DNA of 59,462 bases, filler included, from Sphacelaria rigidula (Eukaryota), in assembly GCA_964200075.2 (NCBI GenBank). It is 10 parts of 10 records of this genome, joined end to end, with 100 filler letters (N's around TTAATTAATTAA, not from the genome) between each part and the next. Parts side by side here need not be neighbours in the genome. Positions count along the whole stretch, not along the records: positions 17,871 to 23,726 come from CAXNAA020023941.1; positions 23,827 to 29,682 come from CAXNAA020023942.1; positions 29,783 to 35,638 come from CAXNAA020023943.1; positions 35,739 to 41,594 come from CAXNAA020023944.1; 6 more parts are not named here. One strand, written 5' to 3'. The notes under the pieces were generated by a model. That model saw nothing but the letters and a program-made list of their open reading frames with translations. It did no database searches and was not told the DNA's origin. The position numbers and the translations under genes were made by a program. Shown piece by piece: positions 23,336-36,986 of the stretch. How positions within the stretch are numbered: the stretch's first letter is position 1; each line of letters opens with the position of its first letter.

Positions 23336-26300
23336 GGACCGGCAAGTTTAATGGGACAAGTACTTCGCCATCATGAAGAGATGAAGTATTCGACCGCAAC
23401 CCTCAGCCAAGTCGCCCTACACTGCCCTACATCGCTAACGATCAAATTAGTTTCGGAACTTCTATTTTTAAGGCGACAACATGCCTATTCAAGCGGACAA
23501 GTTGATGCCAACCCTTGAACCCCCCCCCCGGTTAGACACCCATGAGGCAGTGTACAAACCGTGGCTGTCTCTGGAAGTGAAGATACTACAGAATAAAGCA
23601 GCTCGTTGCAGGCTGTCATCCAAATGCAAGGCAATCAGTAGGCTTTGGGCCGAACAATCTCAGCAGGATGCAGCTCACCCTCATGCGACTCGCCGAACAC
23701 ACCACGGCGCTTCGCGCTTGGTGGTTNNNNNNNNNNNNNNNNNNNNNNNNNNNNNNNNNNNNNNNNNNNNTTAATTAATTAANNNNNNNNNNNNNNNNNN
23801 NNNNNNNNNNNNNNNNNNNNNNNNNNTCCGTGCAAGAGAGATATGCCACTTCAGCCTCATATTTTGTATGAACCCCAAAAAATAAAATCGGCTGTTTACT
23901 GCTGTCTGTTCCCTAGAGTTTACCTGGATTCTCCGCAAATATAGAGAGAATACTACAGGAGAAACCCTCACGACTTTACACCCAACCGCACTCAAGTGCG
24001 GACAAAGTCAGTATCAGTTGCATATCTTCGCTGGACTCAGCAGCAAGAAACAGTGAGCGTGCATCGCTCTGCACTGAACACAGTCTACTGCACGCTACTG
24101 GTGTCTCTACTTAGTGTTCCACAGCAACACTACAGTGTGAAGCTATGTTGGCAACACAAGAGGGGTCAGGTAGGCGGCGAAGACAGGCCACGAGTAAAAA
24201 GTACGTCGTTTGTGCCCATGTGTTTTATGACTAGTGATCAAAATGATTATCCTGGTCTGCAACAACTTGTGCGCAAACCGGATACACTTCACGTCAATTG
24301 CTGTCTGTGTCAAGTTGTGCTCAAAATACCATTTCTTAGTGCATATATCGCTGTGCTGATCTCAAAAGAACACGACAACCACACCATCACCCGTTGATTC
24401 GCCATGTTCTGGGCGTGTGCTCTAGTGCTTGCACGAGCAGCGAGGTGGTTGGTGTGGTGTGTGTTGTCGGGAGGACTGTTACACGTTACACGTCACGCCT
24501 GTTGGCGAATAGCATCTCCTATTAAAAGTCCAAAGCGAGCGAAACGCAACCATCGGACTTTGGACGGACTTTGGACTTCGGGGGAATTACAAAGTCAAAG
24601 TCCTGACCCGAGTTTTGTCTTCGCAAACACCGTCACTACTGTACTCTCTGTGCTTGCAGAGTACAGCCTGTACTCGGACAGGTTAGGTGAACAGCACGCA
24701 CATAGTTCACATGAACACAGCTACACGCATAGAGAACATACATGCTCAGCAGGCAGGGTATACTTGTAACCTTGCACTACCGCATGTCCAAGTACAGCCT
24801 GTACTATCCCAATTTTTGGCCAAGAACGAAACTGTGACCTACGGAAAACGCAAACATGCTCTGGAACGGTCTCAGCGAGTAGAGCAAGTCNNNNNNNNNT
24901 CGAATGGAATTCGCTCGTTTCTGATTCGTCCACGCTACTCATTTTCTCAGATGGATGAGAACATGAATGCCGTGGATGTATCAGGTACGAGAGAATTTGA
25001 TTCCACCGTACGTTTTCGAGTCAAGAACAGTTTGATAAGACACGGCCTGAGCCCTCTTTTCGGGGCAAAAACGACGGAGAAGGGTAAAAAAAGCACTTTT
25101 CAACAAGTTATATTTTTCGATACATAAGAAGCAGCCTAACGAAGGAAAAGGAAAACAGAAAATTGGAAGCGCGATGCAAAGCAGAGCAATGTATTTTTAT
25201 AAAACTCAGACATCGATTGGCAGAAAAGGAAAACGCAGTACAGACACGTTTGCAAGCAGCTGGAGTAGCTATAGGAATGACGCAGTACATGGACAAGTGA
25301 TCAGGTGAACTGATCATGCACTAAACCTCCCTACAGCGTGCGGCGCGGTTTCCAGGAAATTTGAAACACCAGCTGCCTCACCGGTACCTTTTTCATCACC
25401 ACATCAGCTCGATCATTCTGACTTGCAGACAACAACTTATACCGAACTCTCGAAAGCAGCGTACATCCTTGCTCCGAGTCCAGGAACGTATTTCCCATGC
25501 GTGAACGAACTTAATTTCGAGAAGTCTCACCACGTCTGGCAGCGCTATTGTTCAGGATCGGACGCATGGAGTCTAGGGCAAGCACGACGGTCGAGACAGT
25601 TTGCAATCTTTCATGCTACTCTAAGCTAGGCATAAGTACTCGGCAATAGCGTCTGCTGGACTCAAGACAGGCTTACTTTGGCCGAAGACTCGTATCACCG
25701 CTAGAGAGCTGTCCGGAACTTCCAAATAGCGGAAGATGCTGTGTTCTGTTGGCTAACATGCTGTTGACTAGCTGGATATCTAGAGCGTAGACCAAAAATC
25801 GTTTCAAACCATTTGGAACTCGCAAAGAACAGTAAACTCCCATATGCGAGCTTTCGTCACCGAGAAAACGTCACTTCAAGTTCGGTGCACGAATCTGTCA
25901 CATTTTTTTCAGAAAAAACCTGGTGTATTTGAACTTAGAGGGGTGCACCATTTTGGAATGCTGGATTATCAATAGTTTCAGAAAAACAACCGTATATTTC
26001 CCTAGAAAACGTCAGCTATTGTAGTTAATCTTTTTTCCATCAACGGTTCCAAAAGGGTTAACAAGGAAGGGGTACATCTCGAAAAGCCTCAAAGCTCCAA
26101 ATAATAAGTAGTATGACCTCTCGAACACAAGACTGACGTATGGCATACAAAGCCCAGTCGTCTAGAATATGACATCATGTCTTATCAACGCGTAACACTA
26201 CCACTTAAATTTCACACGCCGGACAGATCATGATCTGTGTCACCCGGATCATACAGGTGGAGAGTGAACACATTTGTTCACACGATTCGAATGGCACAGT

Positions 26301-28047
26301 GCAACTATAATAGTTATGGAATGATCCTCGTGTTCCGCGGGTATCATCGCTCACGAGGGAGGTGTCTTGTACAAGATATGAAGGTACACAGCTAGGTTGC
26401 TGGCGTTTTGAGTACACCTAAAGTGGACTACACAGGTGTACATAAGAAGGTGGTGTGCAGACAAGGAGTATACACATCACCTATGGAAACCCTGATACGA
26501 AAACTCGGGTCATACAGATCACCTTCAAGCGGACTTGTATGAATCAAAGGGTCATACAGATCGATAACCAGGACATGTGTACAAAGCAACCGGGTTCTTT
26601 AGGTCACCAGTCGAGAAATGTGTATAGGTTAAATGGGTCATACGGATACAGATCAATCGCAGATCGCAAATGTCATACGACTGATCGTCGGGCAGGCTTC
26701 CGGGGGCCACCCGTGCTTCATCGACGCCGGTAATGTACACATCGATGACTCTTCCTCGCAAGCGTCCGTCAAACGCTGGCCGAAGAGCGTCATGATGAGT
26801 CAGTTGAGCATATAGCTTATCTTGTTTCTTCTTTTCCTCGTGGCGCATGACACTGTTTCTTGTGTACTTGGTCGGATCTTACGAATGCGGGAAACTGTTT
26901 CTTGTTCACAAGATTCGGATCGATTCCACGGGTAAGGGGTAGCTTTTGGTATGTATACATGAGATTCAAATCGCGCGGGTCGACGAGAAGCTGCTGTGCT
27001 TGCCTGAGCCGAGTTATATAGATGGCAACTATGTGGTGTTGTACAGATGACACAGTTCTGCAGATCAGTTGTACACGAAAGTGTGTGTGAAGCGGGTGGT
27101 ACAGCTTGTCGCTCGGCAAATATGTACGGGTCAAACGCGGTCCTGCAGACCACTATCGGTCAAGCGTGCACGGGTGACAGCAAACCTCGGACACATCACG
27201 ATCTATGCCCCAAATAAGCCGACCCGGATCTGTGATGAGCTGATCTGTCGAACGTGTGTTGGATTTGGACTACCCGACCATTCCTCCCCCTCGCTCCCAC
27301 CACCACCAAATTTGGGCCCATAGAAACATTTTGTGTGTGGTGCCTCGACTGAGAGGCATGCTACCGCTCCCTTTATCGGTCGCAATATATATATTATATG
27401 CCGAGAGCTGCGAGGACTCACGACGCAGAAGTACGGGCTCGAGCACCTGTAACATTGTAACGCGTGACTCGATGCATACACCAACTGGTGTACTTGCGGT
27501 GATCTGAGGGTCGTGAGAAATGCCGAAATCATGAGTAAGACCTTAGATCTGTGTCGTCTCAGCAAGCATCGTGTGCCTCTTCAATTCAGATCGGTAGTGA
27601 CTCCCGGCAGCCATCACGAAAACACTCGGCGTGGATCATATCACACCACCTCCTGGGGTGACGCGTGTGTCGATTTACTCACATTTGAGGGAAGCAAGAC
27701 GAAGACAATGTTTGCACGAAAACCAACTGTTTAAAGCGTGGACAATACACGCTGTATGCACGTGTATGCCCGCAAGTCATGTGCCCCTTCAAATTTGCCG
27801 TTCTTTTATACCGATGGTCGACGAGTGCCGTACCAAACGTTTGGGGTTTCCTTCAAGGATACACAACACTGCCAGTAACTCATCTTCTCCATGTGTGTGA
27901 ATCTTTTGTTGTATGATGGCCTGTGCATTTGTCTTTCTCGTGTGCGTCATCACGTCTTTTGATCTCGTGTTCGCGAAATCAATGACCACGTACCTCCTCG
28001 AATTTAATTCGTGAAATGGTCAACTGTTCTGAGAATGTGTAACTAGC

Positions 28048-29163
28048 GCATACAGGCAAACGAAAGCTGGGGGTCGCAGGCAGCAAAATGCCAGCTAGAC
28101 GGTAAAGGATTCACGTCGATGCATGGAGCTGCACACGGCACACGATTATTGAATTTGATACGTACTGCATCAGACAGACTCACGTGTAGAAATATAGTTT
28201 GGAAGCTCAAGGAAAAGTCCTCAAGAAGATGGGCTCACGGCTTGTATTTTCGGCTGCCGCTATGCTGAAGCACAAGCTTGTGAGCCAGGAGGGGGTCGGC
28301 ACGCTCAATTTACTGGAATGTGATGCGCTGTACTGAACACGAATAGAGTACGGCATGCCGCGTGCGGTACAAGCCGGTACAGACGCCTTTCATACACACT
28401 GCGAATGTCATCCGCAACATTCCCCTCTTTACCTCGTGCATATTTCCGACAAGAGGCAAGCACAATTTCGACGAAAACGTAACACCGGAGATATTTCAGT
28501 TAGATTTGTATGTCACCGGCCCTTTTAGTTGAGACAATAACGAGAAAGCCCGCAGAATTTCATTGGGCTAGGGTCAACCGAGGGGAAAACTCGTCGTGAA
28601 ATTTAGGAGATGGGCAAACCTGGTATTCAGGGGAATTTGTTTATATCTGAGGAAAATCTATCACACCCTTTCCGACCATAGCGACCGCACTCGTGTGCCG
28701 CATGGTTCTTCGCGTGCCGTTCATGACTTGTGTGGAAATCGAGTTCGACCCTCGGATTGGTCACCATGAAATTCTCGAGGGCTCTGAGCATACAGACGCA
28801 CGAAAAATGGGGGTCGCAGGGAGCAAAAGGTCAGAGAGACGGTAATGGGTGCACCTCGATGCATGAAGCTGCACACGGCACAAGACCATTGAGTTCGATG
28901 CGTACTGCATCAGACATTGACTCACGTGCAGAGATGCAGTCTTGAAGCACCAGGGAACATCGTCAAGAATTTAGGCTCGTGGCTTGTGTTGTCGACTGTC
29001 GTTATACTGAAGCACAAAGTTGCGAGCCAGGACGGAGCTGTCATGCTCAATTTACTGGAATGTGACCCGCTGGACTAAGCACGAAGGGGGTACGGCATGC
29101 CGCATGCGACACAATGCCCTACAGACGCCTTTCACATACACTGCGTATACCATCCGCAATATT
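28048..29163 (+). repeat. Diverged direct duplication of ~375 bp (28048-28422 and 28788-29163), possibly a decayed coding sequence
   Basis: Collinear blocks such as ggggtcgcagg, gcacacggcaca, ctcaatttactggaatgtga and tacagacgcctttca. Confidence 0.8.
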
Positions 29164-29419
29164 TATTACGTTTCGCTTAATCGATTTTTTAATATATTTG
29201 TATTCAGGTGTGTATATATTTGTATTCAGGTGTGTACTGCAGGCAGGTGAATGCTCGCAAATGATCTGCCTCTTCAGATACGTCTGCATGCAAGAGTGCT
29301 GTATCATTGTGCATTTAACCATCATGTGCTACCTCGTACCTCATCTCCCAATCGGCCACTCGCCTTCTTCAAGTCGTGAATGCCGTGGTCATGCTCAATA
29401 GTAGCAGCAAACACACACA

Positions 29420-29682
29420 CACATATATATATATATATCCTTACACTTTGAACCCCTCCCCTTCCTCGGGATGAGTACTTGGTCTCAAGGGATCAACCCA
29501 ATCTCTCCCCCGGTACGAGCCTTTCATTTTGGTCTCGCGGATTGGGTCAGCACCCCCCCACCGCGTCATCTCACGTCACACAAACCCAGTCAACTACTTT
29601 GTTTACTCACGTTCTCACGCCTTCCACGGTGGAAATCATACATACCGAGGGAAAAAACCAACGCATCGGGAATCGAACCCCC
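29420..29682 (-). mobile_element. Probable second SINE family copy, head cut off by the contig end
   Basis: Minus-strand B box GGTTCGATTCCC followed by a T-run; body ends in (TA)n(TG)n. Confidence 0.5.
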
Positions 29683-29937
29683 NNNNNNNNNNNNNNNNNN
29701 NNNNNNNNNNNNNNNNNNNNNNNNNNTTAATTAATTAANNNNNNNNNNNNNNNNNNNNNNNNNNNNNNNNNNNNNNNNNNNNACGAAATACCAAACTGTA
29801 ATAAAGTGCGAAAGTGTAGAGAGTTGAGGGTACTATGTCCGGCGGAATTAACCGAAATAAAACGGCTGAAATTGGATTTTCGGTTACAGTCAGTTTTGTG
29901 CCTCGTGGTGCCGCACAAGCTGTGGCACGATTCCCGA

Positions 29938-30556
29938 GCTCAATACTCGGTCGTTTTCGATAAAATTTTGACATGATGTACAGGAAGTATGTGTAAACAC
30001 CCCTCCGTTCCTCCGGTGTGTTTTATTTCTTTTCTTCGTAAGTTATTGGCGACGGAACATTTCAGAACAGTTCTCTCGGAACAAGCCGCCAATAACTCAC
30101 GCAGAAGAACAAAAAATGGGAGGAAAGGTTCAGTATTCGCACATGGGTCCTGTGCGTCGTGTCGAAATTTCGTCGAAAACAATGCAAAATTGAGCGCAGG
30201 AAATGGGTTTGGATTATTCGTATCTGGTCCACCTCCACCTATACTATAGAAACCGCTTGTCGCCGGAATGACGCATTTTCTTCGCTCAATTTTGGATCGT
30301 TTTCAAATGAAATTTTGACACGATGTACAGGACGTATGTGCGAACACCTCATCTTCCATCCCCTTTTTTTGTTTTTGTTTTCTCCGTGAGTTATTGGCGA
30401 AGGAACATTTCAGAACAACTTTTGCGGAACAAACTTGCCAATAACTTACAAAGAAAAAAAAACAGGAGATGGAAGGTGAGGTGTTCGCTCATACGTCCTG
30501 TACATCGTGTCGAGATTTCATCGAAAACGATCGAGAATTGAGCGAAAAAAATGCGT
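29938..30556. mobile_element. Two adjacent palindromic MITEs of one family (29938-30195 and 30271-30556)
   Basis: Each has gctcaa...aaattttgaca.gatgtacagg / cctgt...tcgtgtcga.atttc.tcgaaaac...ttgagc arms. Confidence 0.8.
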
Positions 30557-30604
30557 TTCAACATTCCTGGTGGCTTCCTGGGCGGCCCAGCCTGTATATG
30601 TTGC

Positions 30605-30952
30605 CATATCATTTGCTCTGGACGCTGGTCGACACCTTTCGGTATACGTGGATGCATCAGCCGGGGTCACCCAGGAGGAACGCCAACGCAAGAGTTTTTC
30701 CCTTTCTCATTTTATTTTATTACTCCACCTTTGTTCTGCGGTGCTTGGCTTATTTTTTCTCGCGAGAGGGGTTCAGCAGCCCCTTCCCCTCGTCGACTCT
30801 GAAGTCGAATTTTATGTACCCCTGACATGATCGCTCCCCACTGTCGGATATGGTGTAAGAACAAATCCCAGATCGTGTGACTGCACCGTGATTTAAACCC
30901 ACGACCCAAATGTCGGAAGGTTTTGAGGTTACCAACTGAGCACCCGGGTAAT
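30605..30952 (-). mobile_element. tRNA-derived SINE copy
   Basis: Body homologous to 19452-19815; head ggttaccaactgagcacccggg. Confidence 0.8.
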
Positions 30953-31595
30953 CAGCACACACTTTACTATGGCGTCATCACTACCCTCTGCCCCTAAACG
31001 TCGTTGAACCCCTCGTTTATTCGAGAAGTTTCGTACGCACAAAGCTGCAAAGAGAGAGTTGTGTTTGTCCCCATGTCCACTTTTGACTGTTGGAATATCA
31101 AGGTGTTTTGTGATGGTAGCTGTGTGTGTGCAGTATGCTTGCTTTCACGGAGGTAACTTCACCCGATTCACCATGTCGGAAAGACGTGAGTTTCACCGAG
31201 CCATAAGAAATGAGATATCTGGGGTAATTTTTGTGATGGTAGCTGTGTGTGTGTGACACGCACAAGTCCCAGAAATCACTTGTTTGAATATGACCAGTCA
31301 AACAAGCTACCGTAGAATCTGTCTCGTGCCCTGATGGATTCGAATGGAGTTTGCTTTCCATCTCAAATGGGTATCATTGTCAAACTTGAATTTCAACTTC
31401 TGCCAAACCTGTGTCCTGTGCGCTCTCATTCTTTTGTCACCCTCGGACACTTCCCCCCCCCCCCTTGTAATACTGATGTTAATCGGGAACACGCATAAAT
31501 TCTGAAATAAAACTTCTTGGGCCGTTGCTCGCTGTCTTGCGTCTTTTGTCTGCCTGTCTTGATACGTGGTGAACGGAAGGGTACTCTGTTTACAG

Positions 31596-31768
31596 CCGTC
31601 ATTCTGTGCATGGATGATGACCTATTGCTGCCACCATCGGATGCCCCGGTGGGGGAGCTTGTAACGGTCAAGAATCACCCACCGACGCCTTCTAAGAACG
31701 GCCAGGCCGTGAGTATGGTGTGGGAGAAGGTCCTTAACGACGAGCTCTTGCAAGTGGGACACGACGAG
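31596..31768 (+). CDS. Probable exon of an unidentified gene (VILCMDDDLLLPPSDAPVGELVTVKNHP...KVLNDELLQVGHDE)
   Basis: tttacag acceptor, GAG|gtgagg donor, open frame, coding-like composition. No family recognised. Confidence 0.5.
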
Positions 31769-32373
31769 GTGAGGCGTTGTGTTGTTTGTCCTCTCTCTTT
31801 TTTTTTTCAATGGAATCCTGGAGTATTCTTCGAAATTTACTCAGCAGGCATACATGCGAAGAGAAGCGAAATGCTGCTAGTGTGCACGAAGAATGGAGAC
31901 GATCTATACCTATCCACCCCCGAGTAGCAAAATAGAAACGCTGCTATGCTGCCTGACGAGACTGCCCTTTTATCTAAACTGTTCGACCGCTGTCTCTCTT
32001 CTTCTGGCCCCTGGATAAATCATGTGTAACCGATTATGCCGAATCCGATACCTACTTTACTGTAATCCGTTCGCCGGAACAGCTGCGTTTTGTAATGATT
32101 TACCCCGATCCACAAATCTCAGGTTCCGCTATGCGCTCATCCTACACTAGTTCTGTGCATTGTTTCTTCTTGGCATGCCTTGATTCGTTCGCTCTCATTT
32201 CATACCTGCCCCCTATATTCTTCGGAGATTAAGGGGAGTTACTGTACGTCTCCATAGATCGGTTTCGATAGTGTTCACCGCAAGAAGCGGTTCTCCGCCA
32301 TAAGTTTCATTTCTATTTCTCGCTCTCTCTCTCGCTCTTCGGTCTATATTATTCATACGGCGTTTTTTTTCAG

Positions 32374-32441
32374 GTGGTGCGCTTCGAGCACAAGAAGTAC
32401 CCCGGGCCTCTCATGACATCGAAGGGACCGATCACCTGCAA
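32374..32441 (+). CDS. Probable next exon of the same gene (VVRFEHKKYPGLS*), either terminal or frameshifted
   Basis: ttttttttcag acceptor in phase 0 and gtaag donor. In-frame TGA at codon 14. Confidence 0.4.
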
Positions 32442-35400
32442 GTAAGCAGGCTCGATCTCTCTGTCTCTGTTTAGGCCCTTGCTTCCCCTGCCGGCACCAG
32501 ACGAGATTTTATTTCTCAACATACGAATCTGGTGGGTCCGATGTTGATTTTCCTTTTCGGCCGTTCGGCTCGACGCCGAAGTCGTGTCGAAACCAACCGA
32601 CCCAGTGGGGAGGGCTGGGGAGGGGGGGGGGCGGGGGGAGGCAGCGAGGGAAAGGAGGTCTTATGCCTCTCAGTCGTGCACAGGCGAGACTGGAGAGGGG
32701 TTTGAGCTCCGGACCGGACATTGGATGGATGTTAGGCGACGGGAATCGCGCGCAATTTTGTGTGCTGCTACACAACTCACCGTCGGATCTGGCAATATTC
32801 CCGCGAGTCTTCGGCGCGCACTTTTGTGCTGCTGCAGAGCTGACCTTCGGATCTGGCGGGGTTTGCCTGGGTCGTTACGTTGTAGAGGTTGGGGCTCATG
32901 GTTGTGTGGCGGGAGGTTGGTCCCGAATTTTGTTCGGGTGTTCATCCCAACAGATGCTGTTGAAAGAGGGAGGTCGTGACTGCAGCAGTGAGGGCGGGTT
33001 AGCGTGTCGAAGATGGTGAGGATTGGTACGGTCCCGAGCGGATCGGTTTTTTGGAGCGTGTGGGAGCGCAAGCGGACCGTGTTGTGGCGGAGCATGAGCG
33101 GGTCGGTTTTTTGTCGTGGGATGGAGCGGATCTGGGAAGAAAGGTGGAATGGGCGGGGGCAGAGGCGAGGGGCGAGGGGCGCGGCGGGATACAATCAAAC
33201 GTGACCCTTATCCTGCAAGGGGGTAATGGGGGCGATCGCGAGCGACTGGTTAAACTCGCCGAAGCGTTGGCTGGAAGTTGCTCGCTACGCAGCCGCTAAA
33301 GGGTGTGGGGGTGGAGAGTTTTTTTTGTGGAGAGACGAGCAGGTCTGGCTGGAGAGCGAAAATCCGTCTTGTGTGTTGGAGGTGATTCGGTGTGTTACTA
33401 GTCGCTTTATTCTTGGTGCTTCTGCTGAGCGGACCCGTTTTTCTCAATGATGTTGGTGTTTTTGTGAGTAGTCGAGAGTGGGCGTCGACTGTTTCGCATA
33501 CGATTATGTTATTTTGGTTTATTTTCGGCGGAGATGCGCGCTCTGGAGCTCGTCTAGTGGTGGACGATGCTTGATGCTCGCACGACTGAACAGACGCTCG
33601 CTCGCTCGCTCACTAGTCGGTGTCTGCTCGTCTGCCATACTGAGGCGATTTACGTTTCGTTTTTATTTTGTTCCCTCTCTTTATCTTTCTCCTCTCTCTC
33701 TTTCTCTCTCCCTCCCTCTCTCTTACCTGATTTTTTTGCGTGTGTTTTCTCTCCCCCCCCTTGTTTTAGTCACAAAAAAAAAGCGCTGTGCGTGTACGAA
33801 AGTGCCTGGAAGTTTTTTTGTATTTTTTCAGTCGTAGCGTTTTCCTTGGAGATGTTTCTTTGGTCTACCGCACATCCACCATCCGTGTGGTCACTTTATT
33901 TTTTGTGCTTTTTAGAAAGGAAGAAAAATCCACGTTTCCCCGTCTCTTTTCTTCTCTTGCGAGGTTGCTGCTGGTGTTCACAGTCTAATCTTACGCAAGA
34001 TAATTTTTTGTTTGCTTTGATGAAGTACCACCGACTGGTCGGTGTGTGGACTTTGAAGACGAAAAGTCGAAGTGACAGCTACTTCTTTTTTTCTTCCCCC
34101 CCCCCCCTTCAATCCCATCCGCTCCACCGTCCCCGCTTCCTCACGGGGTGAAGAGCAAAGGAGAGAAATGGGAATCTTTAAAGACTGCATACACCGACCA
34201 ACCGCTACTGCACGTAACCTTTTATTTTCTCTTCCTTTTATTAATGTGTTTTTACTTCTATGGGGTGCGGGATATATGAGGATGAACTGGTAATTTTTGG
34301 TTGTTTGGGAAAGGACGTCCATTAGGCTAGCTACTAGTTTGACTAGAGCAAGGAAAGAACACTTGACAAAAGAAGAAGCACGTCACGGATAGTAGCGGTA
34401 GCGGTGAGATTTCACATGCATCTTATAGTTGTGTTATACCGTGCGCGCTGTCATCATTGCTCTTTAGTCTAGTGAGCCTCGCAATACAAAAAAAGCCAAA
34501 ATATTTGGACCCATACTTCCACCTGCCCCTGAGGGAGTCAAAATACATGAAACGTGTTTTTTTTTTTCTTTCTTGTCAGTCGCAGGAGGGGAGACGGTGA
34601 GAAGAGGCGGGTAAGAGTGCTTTTTTTCACCTGGCGGGAAACAAATGAAGGGAAAAATATCCTTTTTTCTTTGTTTAGTGTGGATTTTGTTCCTTGTGTG
34701 TCTCGTGGTGTATGATACAGTCATGTTTTCGTTGGGAAAATGTTGGTGTATATCGGTAGATCTTGAAAGGGTTTCACGTGCATTGAAGCGGGGGATGGAG
34801 TTGCAAGCACTCAGGGCGGAACGGTGAATGGATAGGGATTGGGCAGAAAATGTGCAAGAGAAGAGCGCAGTTGGCTCCGAATGAGAATCATCCGGTTGCT
34901 TGCGCATGCGCTCGTGGCGGCTCATTTTGTCTTCTTTGATCTCTTCATGTTTGGACAAAAACTTCAAGTATAAGCAAATTTTGCGATTATGCTATGTTTG
35001 ATTGAAAGGCAGAACCGTACCTTTGAGGTACCAGTTGGTCGCGAGAGTATGGCGTGCTGGTGCTTCAGATGGTATGGTCCCAGCCCCTTGAGTGAAATGT
35101 TTTCTTGTGTTTCGGGTTTTGTACCGAATTCCGTCGTCGGGTGCGGCTTGGTTCCGAGTCGTTGTCCTGCGTCTGGGCTGTAATTGTTTTTGCTTATCGA
35201 GGATACGATATATCGAATGAAAAGCACCCGCCAGTCACGCCACATGCAGTCATGAAGCTGCTGGCCTTGAGGCTCGAGGTATGTGTTGTTCTTGCTTTTT
35301 TTCGTCCCTACTCGCTTCTGTACGTTGATCGCATTGCGTGCGTCGCTTTCCCCCTGTCTTGTTATCCCATGAATTCACGGAAAATGTCGAAATTGAAGGA

Positions 35401-36632
35401 AGGCGCGGTGCGGTACGCTCCAAAGTAGTGGTTGTGGAAATTGTGCTGCACAACACGCGTGGGCTCGAGTTTTCTATTTTTTTTTCATCTTCTCTTGTAC
35501 GCAGCCCCTTTTTGATTGACTGGTTGGTTTCCTCTTTTACACCCCCCCCCCCCCCCCCCCCCCCCCCCTCTTGGGTTAAAAAAAAAAAAACCTCTATTTT
35601 GCAACCTTTTTTTATTAAATTTGGTAACTTATTTTGTGNNNNNNNNNNNNNNNNNNNNNNNNNNNNNNNNNNNNNNNNNNNNTTAATTAATTAANNNNNN
35701 NNNNNNNNNNNNNNNNNNNNNNNNNNNNNNNNNNNNNNTTTTTCTCTTTTTTTTTTTTTTTTTTTTTTCTCTTCTCTTTTTTTTTTTTTGTTTTTTTGTT
35801 CTTTTTCTCCCCCCCCCCCCCTCCCTATTCCTTTCTTCGGTCACTTCTGTGTAAGTCATCCGTATACAATATTTAATATTGATATCAGAAACGATGGGAT
35901 TGTAATATCAATGGATATGTCCAGTCTGGGTCCAAGTGTGTGGTGGCTTTTCATAACGTTGCTTGGGCTTTACATACTAAAGTTTTATTTTAATAACAAT
36001 CAATGCATTTCTTTTTATAATTGATCTTTGTGAACTTTCATCTGTGTAGTTCGCCACTACTGTATGTACTACTGTAGGGAGATGGGTTAACTACAGAGGT
36101 GGTGATGCTGCATACTACTGTTGCCTACGAGAGGTCATTCTCTGTCGATCACGGGTTTGGACGCAAGAGCAAAATCCAAACTATAAAAACAACAATTAAA
36201 ATCGCCTGCTGTGTTTCAATTTGAAATCGTTACTTTTATTTACAACAAGACTAGAGTACTGTACAGTAGTATAACGTGCACCAACATATGTACCTTTTGC
36301 CGTCTAACTTGTCTGCAGACAACTCGCCGCCGCTGCTGTCACAGACACAGAACAGTTTTGCTTTCATGACTGTTACTTCTAGCTACCACCCGAGGTAATC
36401 AGCTCCCACCCTCGTCTACCATTCCGAATCTCTTCACAGATCGTCAGCATCATCGCGCCTCTTCACTGCGTACTTCAGCGAGGATTGGAGACCTATTTAA
36501 TCACATTGTCATAAAACTCGCCCTCTCAAAACACCGCACTCAAGGTTCTGGGCACTTTCGAGCCGGCGGTGGAATCTGCCGTTGCAAGTGCAAAGTACAG
36601 GAGGCACGAAGAGGCTAGGCCCAAGGAAATAA

Positions 36633-36986
36633 ATGCCGCCTGAAGGTCAAGGACTTCCTCCACCACCCGCCGCCGCCATAACCACCACCACTGAGAATTT
36701 ATTCCCCACGTTCCCCTCATCTATAGCGGACTGCGCTGAGCTCCAGAGGAAAGGGGTGATGTCGATGACATCTGTCTTACCCGGAAGCGTGCACATGATG
36801 CCTACTGCAACTCAAGATGATAATGCTGTCGTCAATGTGGGGCGTGGGTTAGTGAGGAGAGAATCCTCTGTCAGGTTATCTCCGTGGCGCGAGTTGGATT
36901 CAGACGCGTTCGTCATCGCTTACTCTGTCAAGGGCACAGCAAAGTGCGGCGCATGCCTATCAAAGGTCGCCAAAGGAGAGTTACAG
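36633..36986 (+). CDS. First exon of a protein with an N-terminal PARP-type zinc finger
   Basis: FVIAYSVKGTAKCGACLSKVAKGELQ matches zf-PARP Y.KS..A.C..C...I.KGELR. Ends CAG|gtgag, 354 nt. The downstream exon with W.H..C was not found. Confidence 0.7.

Noticed and set aside
28730..28945. Ankyrin-like DGNGCTSMHEAA motif
   Set aside because: It is a single short match with no repeat periodicity, and the duplicate copy does not preserve an ankyrin consensus.
32500..35600. Many overlapping ORFs of 60-190 aa
   Set aside because: Low-complexity GC-rich or T-rich sequence with no recognisable motifs or consistent splice structure.
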